From Candidatus Planktophila sp. (GTDB lineage Bacteria > Actinomycetota > Actinomycetes > Nanopelagicales > Nanopelagicaceae), in the NCBI GenBank assembly GCA_964203745.1, contig CAXNOC010000001.1, positions 6,430 to 70,429 of the forward strand: a stretch of 64,000 nucleotides of DNA, in the 5' to 3' direction. The notes beneath the pieces are model-generated. The model was not told where the DNA came from, made no database searches, and was given only the letters and a program-made list of their open reading frames with translations. The number at the start of each line of letters is the position of its first letter. The first letter of the stretch is position 1. Of this stretch, positions 19,822 through 29,665 are shown piece after piece. Both the position numbers and the translations under genes were made by a program.

Positions 19822-20888
19822 TCTTTGCCGGCGGCGGTACTGCCGGACACATAGAGCCAGCGCTGGCCGTAGCTCGTCAGTGGAGAGTCGGACATCCCGA
19901 TGATGTCATTACTTTTATCGGTACAAAAAACGGACTTGAGAACTCAATTATTCCAAGGGCGGGATTTACGTTAGCTCATATTCCGAAAGTTTCAATCGCA
20001 CGCAAGCCGCATTGGTCTTGGCTGGGAGCGCCATTCGATTTAGCCAGAGCAGTAAGGGCGTCACAAATAATTCTGAGGGATGCAGATTTGTTAATTGGTT
20101 TTGGGGGATATGTCAGCGCTCCTGCATACATAGCGGCACGAATTTCTGGTATCCCAACACTGATTCATGAGGCCAATGCAAAGCCTGGGTGGGCAAACAG
20201 ACTAGGCGCTTTAATGACACCCTATTTAGCAGTGGCCAACCCCGTGCACTCTCGTGGATTTGCAGATGCTCTCTTTACGGGCTTACCGCTACGAAGCGAT
20301 GTGGCCGAGGGTTTTGTTGCCGCACGTAATGATTTTAAAGCCGCTCGCATATCGGCAAAGCAACGTTTGGGATTTGATAAAGACTCTCCTTTACTTTTTG
20401 TCATGGGCGGTTCGCAGGGGTCTGTCGCAATAAACGCCCAGATAGAGCTGGCTCTTGATTTTCTTCTAACACGAGGAATTTCAATCTTGCACTCCGTTGG
20501 ACGCGCCAATGCACTACCAAGAGCACAAGCTGCTTACCATCCAGTTTCCTATATCGACGCGATGGCAGATGCATATCTGGCAAGCGATGTGATTATTGCA
20601 AGAAGTGGCGCGGTTACGTGTAGTGAGTTTCGGGCTCTTGGTCGTTACGCTCTCTTTGTGCCACTACCCGTTGGAAATGGCGAGCAATTCTTTAACGCTC
20701 GCGCTCTTGTTGAATCGGGACGTGCAGAGATTCTCGAGCAGTCGCAATTCACTGCGCAGTATTTAACTACCCATATCGATGCGCTTTTAGCGCGCTCTGC
20801 TTCGGCGCCGATCGATGGTTCAGATTTGGATCTATCAGCAGCCGAGAAGATTGTTTCTCTTGGCGAGTTTGCTATGGCTAAACGATGA
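19809..20888 (+). CDS. murG: Lipid II synthase MurG
   Basis: GGGTAGHIEP, GFGGYVS, HEAN, GGSQGS and RSGA. Confidence 0.96.
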   Translation: MASIVFAGGGTAGHIEPALAVARQWRVGHPDDVITFIGTKNGLENSIIPRAGFTLAHIPKVSIARKPHWSWLGAPFDLARAVRASQIILRDADLLIGFGGYVSAPAYIAARISGIPTLIHEANAKPGWANRLGALMTPYLAVANPVHSRGFADALFTGLPLRSDVAEGFVAARNDFKAARISAKQRLGFDKDSPLLFVMGGSQGSVAINAQIELALDFLLTRGISILHSVGRANALPRAQAAYHPVSYIDAMADAYLASDVIIARSGAVTCSEFRALGRYALFVPLPVGNGEQFFNARALVESGRAEILEQSQFTAQYLTTHIDALLARSASAPIDGSDLDLSAAEKIVSLGEFAMAKR

Positions 20889-22270
20889 GACCACCATTGA
20901 AATCTCTTAGCGGTAAGCGTGTGCATTTTATTGGAATCGGTGGAGCGGGGATGAGTGGATTAGCACGTATCGCGCTATCGCACTCGATTCACGTCAGTGG
21001 CTCAGATGAAAAAGACTCATCAGTCGTTAAGGCTCTCATCGCATTAGGCGCAACGATTACATCTTTCCATTCAGCGCAAAATGTTGATGGAGCCGATCTT
21101 GTAGTTTACTCAACGGCGATTTCAGCAAATAACCCCGAACTCATTCGAGCACGTGAACTTGGTATCAATGTTCTAACTCGTGCAGCTGCACTGTCGATTC
21201 TGATGTCAGACTCAACCAGCATTGCAGTTGCAGGTACTCATGGAAAGACCACAACATCTTCCATGTTGGCCGTTGCTTTGCAGGCCTGTGGCGCTGATCC
21301 CTCATTTGCTATCGGCGGCACGATAACCGCCTCTGGCTCAAATGCCCATCGCGGAACGGGTGAAATCTTTGTTGCAGAGACCGATGAATCTGATGGATCC
21401 TTTATTGAATACCACCCATTTGCCGCCATTGTTACAAATGTAGAACATGACCATGTTGACTTTTTTGCGACACCGGAGGCCGTTGAAAGCGCTTTTAAAG
21501 CCTTCGCCGCAACGATTGATCGCGAAGGTTTTCTCACATACTGCGCAGATGACAAAGGAGCGCTACAGCTAGCCGAAGAGACAATTGGGTTGGCGCGAAT
21601 CTCTTATGGAGTGCGCGAAGGAAGCGATCTAACATTGGACTCCATTGAGCTTTTAGCGATGGGTTCTCACGCACGAGCAATTTGGCATGGCAAGAGCATA
21701 GGTTTTATAGAGTTACAGGTTCCTGGGCATCACAATTTACTCAACGCCGCAGCGGTTCTAGCAACGGGATTGCAACTTGGATTTAATGCCGCCGATCTGC
21801 TTCAAGGATTAGCTGTTTTCCGCGGTACTGGCCGCCGTTTTGAAATCAAGGGAACGGTCCACGGTGTACGAGTAATAGATGACTATGGCCACCACCCAAC
21901 GGAAATCGATGTAACGCTTCGTGCTGCACGCAGATATGCCGGGGATGGACGATTAATCGTAATATTCCAACCCCACCGTTATTCGCGCACCCAAGCTTTT
22001 GCCTCAGGCTTTGCCCAATCACTTGCCCTTGCCGATCGTGCAATAGTTCTTGAAATCTATGCAGCAAGTGAAAAACCAATCCCAGGTGTGAGCGCGAAGA
22101 TGATTACGGATTTAATGAATGAAGGAGAGTACATTCCGAATTTCATTGAAGTCACTGACAGTGTCATCGAGCGCGCAGAGCCAGGTGATGTGATTATCAC
22201 TCTTGGTGCAGGAGATGTAAGTTCGCTTGCCCCCATCATTGTTGATGGATTGATTAGACGTTTTGGCTAA
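20885..22270 (+). CDS. murC: UDP-MurNAc--L-Ala ligase
   Basis: HFIGIGGAGMSG, GTHGKTTTS, DESDGSF, DDYGHHPTE and FQPHRYSRT. Confidence 0.97.
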   Translation: MRPPLKSLSGKRVHFIGIGGAGMSGLARIALSHSIHVSGSDEKDSSVVKALIALGATITSFHSAQNVDGADLVVYSTAISANNPELIRARELGINVLTRAAALSILMSDSTSIAVAGTHGKTTTSSMLAVALQACGADPSFAIGGTITASGSNAHRGTGEIFVAETDESDGSFIEYHPFAAIVTNVEHDHVDFFATPEAVESAFKAFAATIDREGFLTYCADDKGALQLAEETIGLARISYGVREGSDLTLDSIELLAMGSHARAIWHGKSIGFIELQVPGHHNLLNAAAVLATGLQLGFNAADLLQGLAVFRGTGRRFEIKGTVHGVRVIDDYGHHPTEIDVTLRAARRYAGDGRLIVIFQPHRYSRTQAFASGFAQSLALADRAIVLEIYAASEKPIPGVSAKMITDLMNEGEYIPNFIEVTDSVIERAEPGDVIITLGAGDVSSLAPIIVDGLIRRFG

Positions 22271-22912
22271 ATGAAAAAGCACAGAGTGTTTCTTGCCGCC
22301 GTTATTCTATTTTTCGCCGGTGCAGCGTATGTGCTGGGATGGTCGACTTTCTTTACGGTCAGTGCCGTCGAAATTAAAGGAACGAGCGCCACAATGTCAT
22401 CATCGGTAATAGTTGGCGAAAAATTAGCTCGAGTAGAGCCTCGCGCAATTGCCGCGGAGTTTGAGAGATTTTCATGGATCAAGAGCGCGCAAGTCTCCAG
22501 AAACTGGATTAATGGAAAAGTAACCATCACTCTTACCGATCGAGTTCCCGTGGCTATTTATAACGATCGTGCAATAGATGCCGATGGCGCGAGCTTTCCA
22601 GTACCGATCAAAAATATAGAAAACCTCCCACGCATTCAAGCAGCCACAATTGAGTCGGCGATTTCAGCATCAACATTCTTTGTAGCTCTGCCAGAAGATA
22701 TTGCCGATATTGTGAGATTAGTAAAAGTGCGTGGCGGCGAATCCTATGTATTAGAGATCATTGATGGCACAAAATCCCTTGAAGTTATCTGGGGACAAAA
22801 CGATGAGAACAATCTAAAAGCTAAGGTTTATAAGGCTTTACTGGCTCAACCAGAGAATGCAAAAATTCATAGATTAGATCTCACAGCTCCGCATGCACCG
22901 ATCGTCAAGTAG
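22271..22912 (+). CDS. ftsQ: Cell division protein FtsQ/DivIB
   Basis: TM plus POTRA-like region, C-terminal DLTAPHAP; lies between murC and ftsZ. Confidence 0.85.
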   Translation: MKKHRVFLAAVILFFAGAAYVLGWSTFFTVSAVEIKGTSATMSSSVIVGEKLARVEPRAIAAEFERFSWIKSAQVSRNWINGKVTITLTDRVPVAIYNDRAIDADGASFPVPIKNIENLPRIQAATIESAISASTFFVALPEDIADIVRLVKVRGGESYVLEIIDGTKSLEVIWGQNDENNLKAKVYKALLAQPENAKIHRLDLTAPHAPIVK

Positions 22913-22996
22913 TTAATTCGACACGAAGAAAAATAAATCGAGTCGGTGTTTGCTTAACGCCTGCGCGCACTTTACGGTCTCCTCATAGAAAAGCAT

Positions 22997-23031
22997 TGAA
23001 TTATAAGGCTCAAGTTGAGGTTTATGGTTCA
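22997..23031 (+). promoter_or_regulatory. Inverted repeat upstream of ftsZ (FtsR-like operator or leader hairpin)
   Basis: TGAATTATAAGGCTCAA-G-TTGAGGTTTATGGTTCA, core CTCAAGTTGAG, immediately 5' of the AAGGAGG SD. Confidence 0.55.
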
Positions 23032-23045
23032 CAAGGAGGAGAAAA

Positions 23046-24179
23046 GTGGCTTCACCGCAGAATTATTTAGCAGTCATCAAAGTAGTTGGTATTGGTGGCG
23101 GTGGAGTAAATGCAATTAATCGCATGATCGATGTCGGACTTAAGGGTGTCGAGTTCATTGCAATAAATACTGATGCTCAACATTTGTTAATGAGTGATGC
23201 CGATGTGAAATTAGATATCGGTCGTAAAACTACTCGAGGTCTTGGCGCTGGAATGGATCCTGAAAAAGGTCGCGCTGCAGCACTCGATCACGTTGATGAC
23301 ATTGAAGAGATTCTCCGTGGAGCAGATATGGTTTTTGTTACTGCTGGTGAAGGTGGCGGTACAGGAACTGGTGCAGCCCCTGTCGTTGCAAAGATTGCAC
23401 GCGATCTTGGTGCGCTCACCATTGGAGTTGTTACACGACCATTTTCCTTCGAAGCAAAGCTGCGCGCGACTCAAGCCGATATTGGTATCGAAGCGCTACG
23501 TTCTGAGGTCGATACTTTAATTGTTATTCCAAATGATCGTTTGTTAGCGATTTCAGATCGGACAATTACTTTGGCCGATGCCTTCAAGAGTGCAGATCAA
23601 GTTCTTCTCTCGGGTGTACAGGGCATCACTGAGATAATTACTCAACCAGGTTTAATCAATCTAGATTTCGCCGATGTACAGGCCGTTATGTCTGGAGCGG
23701 GTTCTGCTCTCATGGGAATCGGTTCTGCACGTGGAGAAAATCGTGCACTACGTGCCGCCGAACTTGCAATCTCTTCGCCACTACTTGAAGCCTCAATCGA
23801 TGGTGCGATGGGTGTTTTGCTCTCGATCTCTGGCGGCTCAGATTTGGGACTCTTTGAAGTTAATGAGGCCTGCGAACTTGTTCAATCAGCGGTTCATCCG
23901 AATGCAAAATTTATTTTTGGTACAACTATTGATGATGCCCTTGGCGATGAAGTTCGAATCACTGTAGTTGCCGCAGGCTTTGAAGGCGGAGAGCCTAAGC
24001 GTGTCTCAACTCCAGTCATAGATGCCTCAACGTTAAGCGGTAATGCAGATCCAATTGCATCCAATGATCCTCTCTCAGTAGCCCTTGAACTTGGTGATGA
24101 TCCAACACCTCGCCGCCGCGTAACATTTGAAGAGCTAGTTGCCGAGGATGAGATCGACGTCCCTGACTTCATGAAGTAA
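23046..24179 (+). CDS. ftsZ: Cell division protein FtsZ
   Basis: [16 protein letters not shown] tubulin motif, INLDFADV and C-terminal DVPDFMK. Confidence 0.99.
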   Translation: MASPQNYLAVIKVVGIGGGGVNAINRMIDVGLKGVEFIAINTDAQHLLMSDADVKLDIGRKTTRGLGAGMDPEKGRAAALDHVDDIEEILRGADMVFVTAGEGGGTGTGAAPVVAKIARDLGALTIGVVTRPFSFEAKLRATQADIGIEALRSEVDTLIVIPNDRLLAISDRTITLADAFKSADQVLLSGVQGITEIITQPGLINLDFADVQAVMSGAGSALMGIGSARGENRALRAAELAISSPLLEASIDGAMGVLLSISGGSDLGLFEVNEACELVQSAVHPNAKFIFGTTIDDALGDEVRITVVAAGFEGGEPKRVSTPVIDASTLSGNADPIASNDPLSVALELGDDPTPRRRVTFEELVAEDEIDVPDFMK

Positions 24180-24185
24180 GGCGTT

Positions 24186-24848
24186 TTGCCAGCGATCTTT
24201 ACAGACCGGCGCGGTGGCTCAAGCCTGGCGCCATATGAGTCATTGAATTTGGCTCTCCACGTTGGCGATGATCCAGTATCTGTTGAAGATAATCGCTCTC
24301 AACTCTCCCGCTTCGCAGGCGATGTGCAGTTCATGAACCAAATCCATGGCGATTCATTTGTCGTAGTAGAAAAATTAGAGAGAACGGATCCAACGTGCGA
24401 TGCGTTAATTACTACGACACCAGGTTTAGCTCTCGCAGTCTTGGTTGCCGACTGTATTCCATTACTTTTATCCTCATCAAAGGTTATCGCAGCGGTACAT
24501 GTTGGGCGTAAAGGTCTAATGAATTCGATTGCACTCTCAGTTATAGAGCAGATGCGCAGATTAGGTGCGGATTCGATACATGCCCAACTTGGCGCATCTA
24601 TCTGTGGTCCGTGCTACGAAGTTCCAGAGGCCATGGCCGATGAGGTTTTACTAGCGCATCCTGATGCATTTGCACTTACTCGCGAAGGCAATCCAGCACT
24701 CGATCTTCCTAGAGCGCTCATTAGCGAGCTAGTGAGCGAGGGGATTACGTATGAGGCCTCAAGAATCTGCACACTGGAAGACGATCTCTATTTTTCATAC
24801 CGACGCCATAATATTACTGGGCGAAATGCAGGAGTAATTTGGTTATGA
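24186..24848 (+). CDS. pgeF: PgeF/YfiH (YlmD) purine nucleoside phosphorylase-like protein
   Basis: LNLALHVGD, MNQIHG, VADCIP, CYEV and FSYRR. Confidence 0.92.
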   Translation: MPAIFTDRRGGSSLAPYESLNLALHVGDDPVSVEDNRSQLSRFAGDVQFMNQIHGDSFVVVEKLERTDPTCDALITTTPGLALAVLVADCIPLLLSSSKVIAAVHVGRKGLMNSIALSVIEQMRRLGADSIHAQLGASICGPCYEVPEAMADEVLLAHPDAFALTREGNPALDLPRALISELVSEGITYEASRICTLEDDLYFSYRRHNITGRNAGVIWL

Positions 24849-25507
24849 ACCGTCGCGCAGAAATCTCAAAGAATTTAGTCGATGTTCAAGAGCGAATTCA
24901 GGTTGCGGCCAAGAAAGCCGAACGTAATCTTGAGGACATCCATCTGATAGTTGTTACGAAGGGTTTTCCTGTAATTGATGTTGAAATTCTAAAAGAGCTC
25001 GGGATCAATGATTTTGGTGAAAATCGCGACAGCGATGCAGCTGCGAAAGCATCCCTTGTTGCCGGGACCTGGCATTTTCAGGGTCAGATACAGAGTAATA
25101 AATTGAAATCAATCTGCTCATGGGCACACGTGATTCACTCTCTTGATGATTCACGCCATTTTGACATCATCAAAAAATCAGCACCTCATGCTTTAGAGAT
25201 TTTTCTCCAAGTCAATCTCGACGGCTCAGAAAATCGCGGGGGAGCAACGGTTCAAACTCTCTATCAGCTTGCCGCCGAGGTACAGGAAGACCCGATCCAT
25301 AGATTGGCTGGGTTGATGGCTGTCGCTCCACTAACTATGGAAACCGAGAAAGCCTTTGACCAACTGCGCTCCATCCACAATGCATTTTCCTTAGAATTTC
25401 CTAGCGCCAAAAACCTATCTGCTGGCATGAGCTCGGATTTCGAATTGGCTATTGCCTATGGCGCGACACATCTGCGAATAGGCAGTCAAATCATGGGTTC
25501 TAGGTAG
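24845..25507 (+). CDS. yggS: PLP homeostasis protein YggS (YlmE)
   Basis: VVTK, FGENR, WHFQGQIQSNK, SAGMSSDF and GATHLRIGS. Confidence 0.93.
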   Translation: MNRRAEISKNLVDVQERIQVAAKKAERNLEDIHLIVVTKGFPVIDVEILKELGINDFGENRDSDAAAKASLVAGTWHFQGQIQSNKLKSICSWAHVIHSLDDSRHFDIIKKSAPHALEIFLQVNLDGSENRGGATVQTLYQLAAEVQEDPIHRLAGLMAVAPLTMETEKAFDQLRSIHNAFSLEFPSAKNLSAGMSSDFELAIAYGATHLRIGSQIMGSR

Positions 25508-25528
25508 TCCAAGAGGTAGCGTTTACCT

Positions 25529-26002
25529 ATGGCTAATGCAATCAAGCGCGTCGCAAACTACTTGGGGTTGATGGATGACCCAGAGTTTGATACCCCGGTA
25601 AGTTCAAACGTTCCTGCGGTTCCAATGTCAAATGATGTTCGCATCAAAGCCCGCAATCCCCGCACCGTATCTTCGGTGGTTACATCAACGTTGGAAGTTG
25701 CTCCACAATTAGATCTTCCAGTCTTGGATCGCATCATTACATTGCATCCGCGTTTCTACAATGAGGCACGAACAATTGGTGAGCACTTTCGTCAAGGAAA
25801 CCCAGTCATCATCAATTTAACCGATATGGATGAGTCTGAACACAAGCGCCTCGTCGACTTTGCAAGTGGACTTGCATTTGGACTTCACGGAACAATTGAG
25901 CGCGTTACAAAAAAGGTATTTTTAATCTCTCCAGCTAATCTTCAAGTTAGCACTGAAGATAAATCTGCCGCGGCGCAAGCAAGTTTCTTTAACCAGAGCT
26001 GA
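25529..26002 (+). CDS. sepF: Cell division protein SepF
   Basis: Amphipathic N-terminal helix; [12 protein letters not shown] and [10 protein letters not shown]. Confidence 0.95.
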   Translation: MANAIKRVANYLGLMDDPEFDTPVSSNVPAVPMSNDVRIKARNPRTVSSVVTSTLEVAPQLDLPVLDRIITLHPRFYNEARTIGEHFRQGNPVIINLTDMDESEHKRLVDFASGLAFGLHGTIERVTKKVFLISPANLQVSTEDKSAAAQASFFNQS

Positions 26003-26009
26003 TTCTCAT

Positions 26010-26291
26010 ATGAGGTTAGGTACGATACTTTCATCTCTTCTGCAACTCTTTCTATTTGCCCTACTTGGGCGCTTGATTCTTGATTACATTCGCATGTTCG
26101 CCCGTAACTGGAAGCCAAGCGGAATTTCGCTTTATTTAGTAGAAGCGGTTTATGCAATCACAGATCAACCTATGCGCTTTGTTGGTCGGTTTATCCCACC
26201 ACTTCGCTTGGGCGCAGTAAGTCTAGATATGAGTTTCATCGTTCTCTTCTTTGGAGTTCAACTATTGATGGGATTTGTCAGAGGGCTTTAG
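26010..26291 (+). CDS. yggT: YggT family protein (SepG/YlmG)
   Basis: VYAITDQP...FIPPLRLGAVSLDMSF. Confidence 0.92.
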   Translation: MRLGTILSSLLQLFLFALLGRLILDYIRMFARNWKPSGISLYLVEAVYAITDQPMRFVGRFIPPLRLGAVSLDMSFIVLFFGVQLLMGFVRGL

Positions 26292-29200
26292 TAAGCGTTA
26301 CGACTAGTCCAAACTCACTTTCATCTGTACTCATTGTGATGTTGCGCTCCATCGTTAAGGCCAATACTTCATCTTGAATATGTGAATTGTGAGCCTCTAT
26401 TGCATCGGCGAACTCCTGTGTCGAATTCCATTTCACTACAATTCGATCAGATATTTCAAAGCCATCACTCTTGCGACGCTCTTGGATAAAGCGAATAACT
26501 TCTCGCGCATGTCCGGCCAAAATAAGAGTTGGCGTCAGCTCCAAATCAAGAGCGACGCTCTCTCCATCATGAGAGGCGACCATCCATCCACTCTTTGGCA
26601 CCTCAGTAATAACAAGGTCCTCAAAGGCAATTTCCCAAGCACCGACAGTGGTCGTACCTGATGCCCGCAGTGTTTTAACCAATGTCGCTGCATCGCTAGC
26701 GGCAATTGCTTTAGCGATTTCTTGAACTGCACCGCCAAATTTGGCGCCAAGAGTTTTAAAGTTTGCCTTGATAGTGATGTCAACTAAATCACCATCGGCA
26801 TTGGCGATATCTTCCAGGGCGATGACATTGAGCTCATCGGCTATTTGTTCACGCATTTCAGACGGCAAAGCGGCCCACCCGCTTGCGGCAATTAAAGCTC
26901 GTCCTAATGGCTGACGGATTTTAATGCCTGATTCTGCTCGAGAAGCACGACCTAGCTCAACGATTCGGCGCGTAAGTGCGACTTGTTGACTTAGCTCGCT
27001 ATGTATCGCCTCGACATTTGCGACTGGAAAATCAGAGAGGTGTACCGATGCGGCCGCTCCTGATTCTGTTGGGCGCACGAGCTCTTGCCAGACTTGTTCT
27101 GTAATAAATGGCACCATGGGTGCAAGTAACTGTGTAAGAGTTCTTAAGCACTCGTGCAAGGTTGCCATGGCGCTAACATCACCATCCCAGAAACGTCGTC
27201 GCGATCGACGCACATACCAGTTAGAGAGATCGTCAATGAAGCGCGCTAATGCGCGGCCGGCGATCTGTGTGTCAAAATCCGTTAACGCTTCATCGACTTC
27301 AGAGATTAATGAATTGAGTTCAGAGATTATCCATCGATCCATTAAAGGACGATCTGCAAGTACTGGAGATTGGTTCAACTCAAAGTTAGATGCATGTGCA
27401 TAGAGAGAGTGGAAGGAAACGGTATTCCAGTAGGTCAAGAGTGTTTTTCTGACGACTTCATTGATTGCATCATGTCCAACGCGACGGGCGGCCCATGGTG
27501 ATCCAGCTGCCAACATATACCAACGCACTGCATCGGCGCCATGTTGATCCATAAGTGCCATTGGCTCAATAACATTTCCGACATGCTTGCTCATTTTGCG
27601 GCCATCTTTATCCAAAATATGACCAAGACACAAAACAGTTTTGTATGAGGACTTATCAAAGACCAAGGTTCCAATTGTCATTAATGTGTAGAACCACCCA
27701 CGAGTTTGATCAATCGCCTCAGCGATAAAATCAGCTGGGTATGCGGCATTAAACTTCTCTACCGAACCCTCTTTGTGCGGGTATCCCCACTGCGCGAAAG
27801 GCATTGCACCTGAGTCATACCAGCAGTCAATTACTTCAGGAACACGGAGCATGGTGGATCCGCACTCGGCGCATCCGAAAGTTATGTCATCAACAAAGGG
27901 ACGATGAGGGTCAAGGTTAGACAACTCTTTGCCAGCTAGTTCACCTAACTCTTTGAGCGAGTCAACGCAGATCTCATGCTTATTTTCACAGCGCCAGATA
28001 GGAAGCGGTGTGCCCCAATAACGATTACGTGAAAGCGCCCAGTCAATATTGTTGTTGAGCCAATCGCCATAACGCCCATCTTTAATAGTTTCGGGATGCC
28101 AATCGGTAGCTGCATTCTCACGCAGTAGGGCATCCTTGATGGAAGTAGTGCGGATATACCAGGAAGGTTGCGCGTAATACATAAGCGCGGTGTGACAGCG
28201 CCAGCAATGGGGATATGAGTGCTCATATGGTTGGTGCTTATAGAGCGAGCCGTTGGCCCTTAACTCTTTGACTAAGGTTTTATCGGCATCCTTAAAAAAC
28301 ATTCCTCCAACTACTGGTACATCGGGCAAGAAAGTTCCATCGGCGGCGATTGGATTAACTACAGGCAGTCCGTATGAGCGACATACCGCTAAGTCATCTG
28401 CTCCAAAGGCGGGGGATTGATGTACTAACCCGGTGCCATCTTCAGTTGTGACATATGTGGCAAGAACAACGTAATGCGCATCTGGAATATCGACGTAGTT
28501 AAATGGACGCGTATATGTCGTGTGCTCTAAATCTTTTCCAAGTACTCGCTTGATAATCTTCTTTTCGCCTTTGAGGCTATCTATGAGCGCTTCGGCGACG
28601 ATGAGAACTTCGCTCTTCTCCTCATCCGTAACTTCAACAACGACGTAATCGACATCTGGGTGAACGGCGATGGCCGTATTTGAGACCAAAGTCCATGGAG
28701 TGGTTGTCCAAACAAGAAGGGATGCATGGAGAAGAGAAAGTTCACCAGATGTGACTGGGAATCTAACAAAGACAGATGGATCGGTAATGGTTTCATAACC
28801 TTGGGCCAGCTCATGATCGGATAATCCAGTTCCGCAGCGCGGACAGTATGGAGCGACTCGATGATCTTGTACGAGAAGTCCCTTTTTCCAAATCTCTTTA
28901 AGCGACCACCAGACACTTTCGACGTACTCAGGTGACATCGTCCAATAGGCCTGATCGAAATCGACCCAGAAGCCCATTCGATCGGTCATATCGCTAAAAG
29001 CGGTGACATGGCGCTGAACAGATTCGCGGCACTTATCGTTGAAGGCAGCTACGCCAAATTTTTCGATATCGCCCTTGCCGTTAAAGCCCAACTCCTTCTC
29101 AACTGCAATCTCAACTGGAAGGCCATGACAGTCCCATCCAGCTTTACGGGTAACGAATCGACCCTTCATTGTTTGAAAGCGTGGGAAGACATCTTTAAAA

Positions 29201-29391
29201 ACCCGTGCCTCAATGTGGTGTGTACCAGGCATTCCATTGGCAGTAGGTGGGCCTTCATAAAAGCTCCAAGGAGCGGCCCCTGTTCGTGCGGCAACGGTCT
29301 TATGAAATATCTCGTTATCACTCCAAAATTTGAGAATCTCATGTTCGAGGGCAGGCAGATTCACCGATGCTGGAATGCTGCGAAAAGACAT
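26278..29391 (-). CDS. ileS: Isoleucine--tRNA ligase (IleRS2 type)
   Basis: EGPPTANGMPGTHH, GWDCHGLPVE, WTTTPWT, SRNRYWGTP, DQTRGWF and KMSK. True start is the ATG at 29391, after the T-box. Confidence 0.97.
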   Translation of the reverse strand: MSFRSIPASVNLPALEHEILKFWSDNEIFHKTVAARTGAAPWSFYEGPPTANGMPGTHHIEARVFKDVFPRFQTMKGRFVTRKAGWDCHGLPVEIAVEKELGFNGKGDIEKFGVAAFNDKCRESVQRHVTAFSDMTDRMGFWVDFDQAYWTMSPEYVESVWWSLKEIWKKGLLVQDHRVAPYCPRCGTGLSDHELAQGYETITDPSVFVRFPVTSGELSLLHASLLVWTTTPWTLVSNTAIAVHPDVDYVVVEVTDEEKSEVLIVAEALIDSLKGEKKIIKRVLGKDLEHTTYTRPFNYVDIPDAHYVVLATYVTTEDGTGLVHQSPAFGADDLAVCRSYGLPVVNPIAADGTFLPDVPVVGGMFFKDADKTLVKELRANGSLYKHQPYEHSYPHCWRCHTALMYYAQPSWYIRTTSIKDALLRENAATDWHPETIKDGRYGDWLNNNIDWALSRNRYWGTPLPIWRCENKHEICVDSLKELGELAGKELSNLDPHRPFVDDITFGCAECGSTMLRVPEVIDCWYDSGAMPFAQWGYPHKEGSVEKFNAAYPADFIAEAIDQTRGWFYTLMTIGTLVFDKSSYKTVLCLGHILDKDGRKMSKHVGNVIEPMALMDQHGADAVRWYMLAAGSPWAARRVGHDAINEVVRKTLLTYWNTVSFHSLYAHASNFELNQSPVLADRPLMDRWIISELNSLISEVDEALTDFDTQIAGRALARFIDDLSNWYVRRSRRRFWDGDVSAMATLHECLRTLTQLLAPMVPFITEQVWQELVRPTESGAAASVHLSDFPVANVEAIHSELSQQVALTRRIVELGRASRAESGIKIRQPLGRALIAASGWAALPSEMREQIADELNVIALEDIANADGDLVDITIKANFKTLGAKFGGAVQEIAKAIAASDAATLVKTLRASGTTTVGAWEIAFEDLVITEVPKSGWMVASHDGESVALDLELTPTLILAGHAREVIRFIQERRKSDGFEISDRIVVKWNSTQEFADAIEAHNSHIQDEVLALTMERNITMSTDESEFGLVVTLTKAL

Positions 29392-29399
29392 ATGAAAAG

Positions 29400-29575
29400 C
29401 CCCCAAAAAAACTTGGAGGGACGGGAGCTGCTGTCGCAGATCACGCGGTACCACCCACCTTGCGCATACCTTCGCGCCACTTAAATAACTAACACGGGCC
29501 GGTTCTAGATGAGCTTTGCACTCATTTCTTCCAGCGAGCTCGTGAGGTGATAGCCCCGTCAGCGCTCATTTCGAG
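29400..29575 (-). promoter_or_regulatory. ileS T-box riboswitch (actinobacterial, short stem I)
   Basis: Minus strand: GACGGGGCT-ATC-ACC specifier (Ile AUC at 29549-29551), GGAAGAA...TAGAACC stem II motif, T-box GGGTGGTACCGCG (29444-29456) and a downstream CGTCCCTCC. Confidence 0.92.
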
Positions 29576-29665
29576 TTAGTGGGGCAGAGTCTAGGCCATT
29601 CCGGGGGATAAAAACACTTGTGGCGCAGTTGGTATCGGCGGGGCAATCGGCATAAGGTACGCGTC

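Noticed and set aside
22919-22925. CGACACG (WhiA-like GACAC) upstream of ftsZ, also at 4293-4299
   Set aside because: Plausible, but too short to support from one sequence.
29392-29454. 21-aa N-terminal extension of IleS in the ORF track
   Set aside because: Runs through the T-box antiterminator, so it is leader RNA and not coding.
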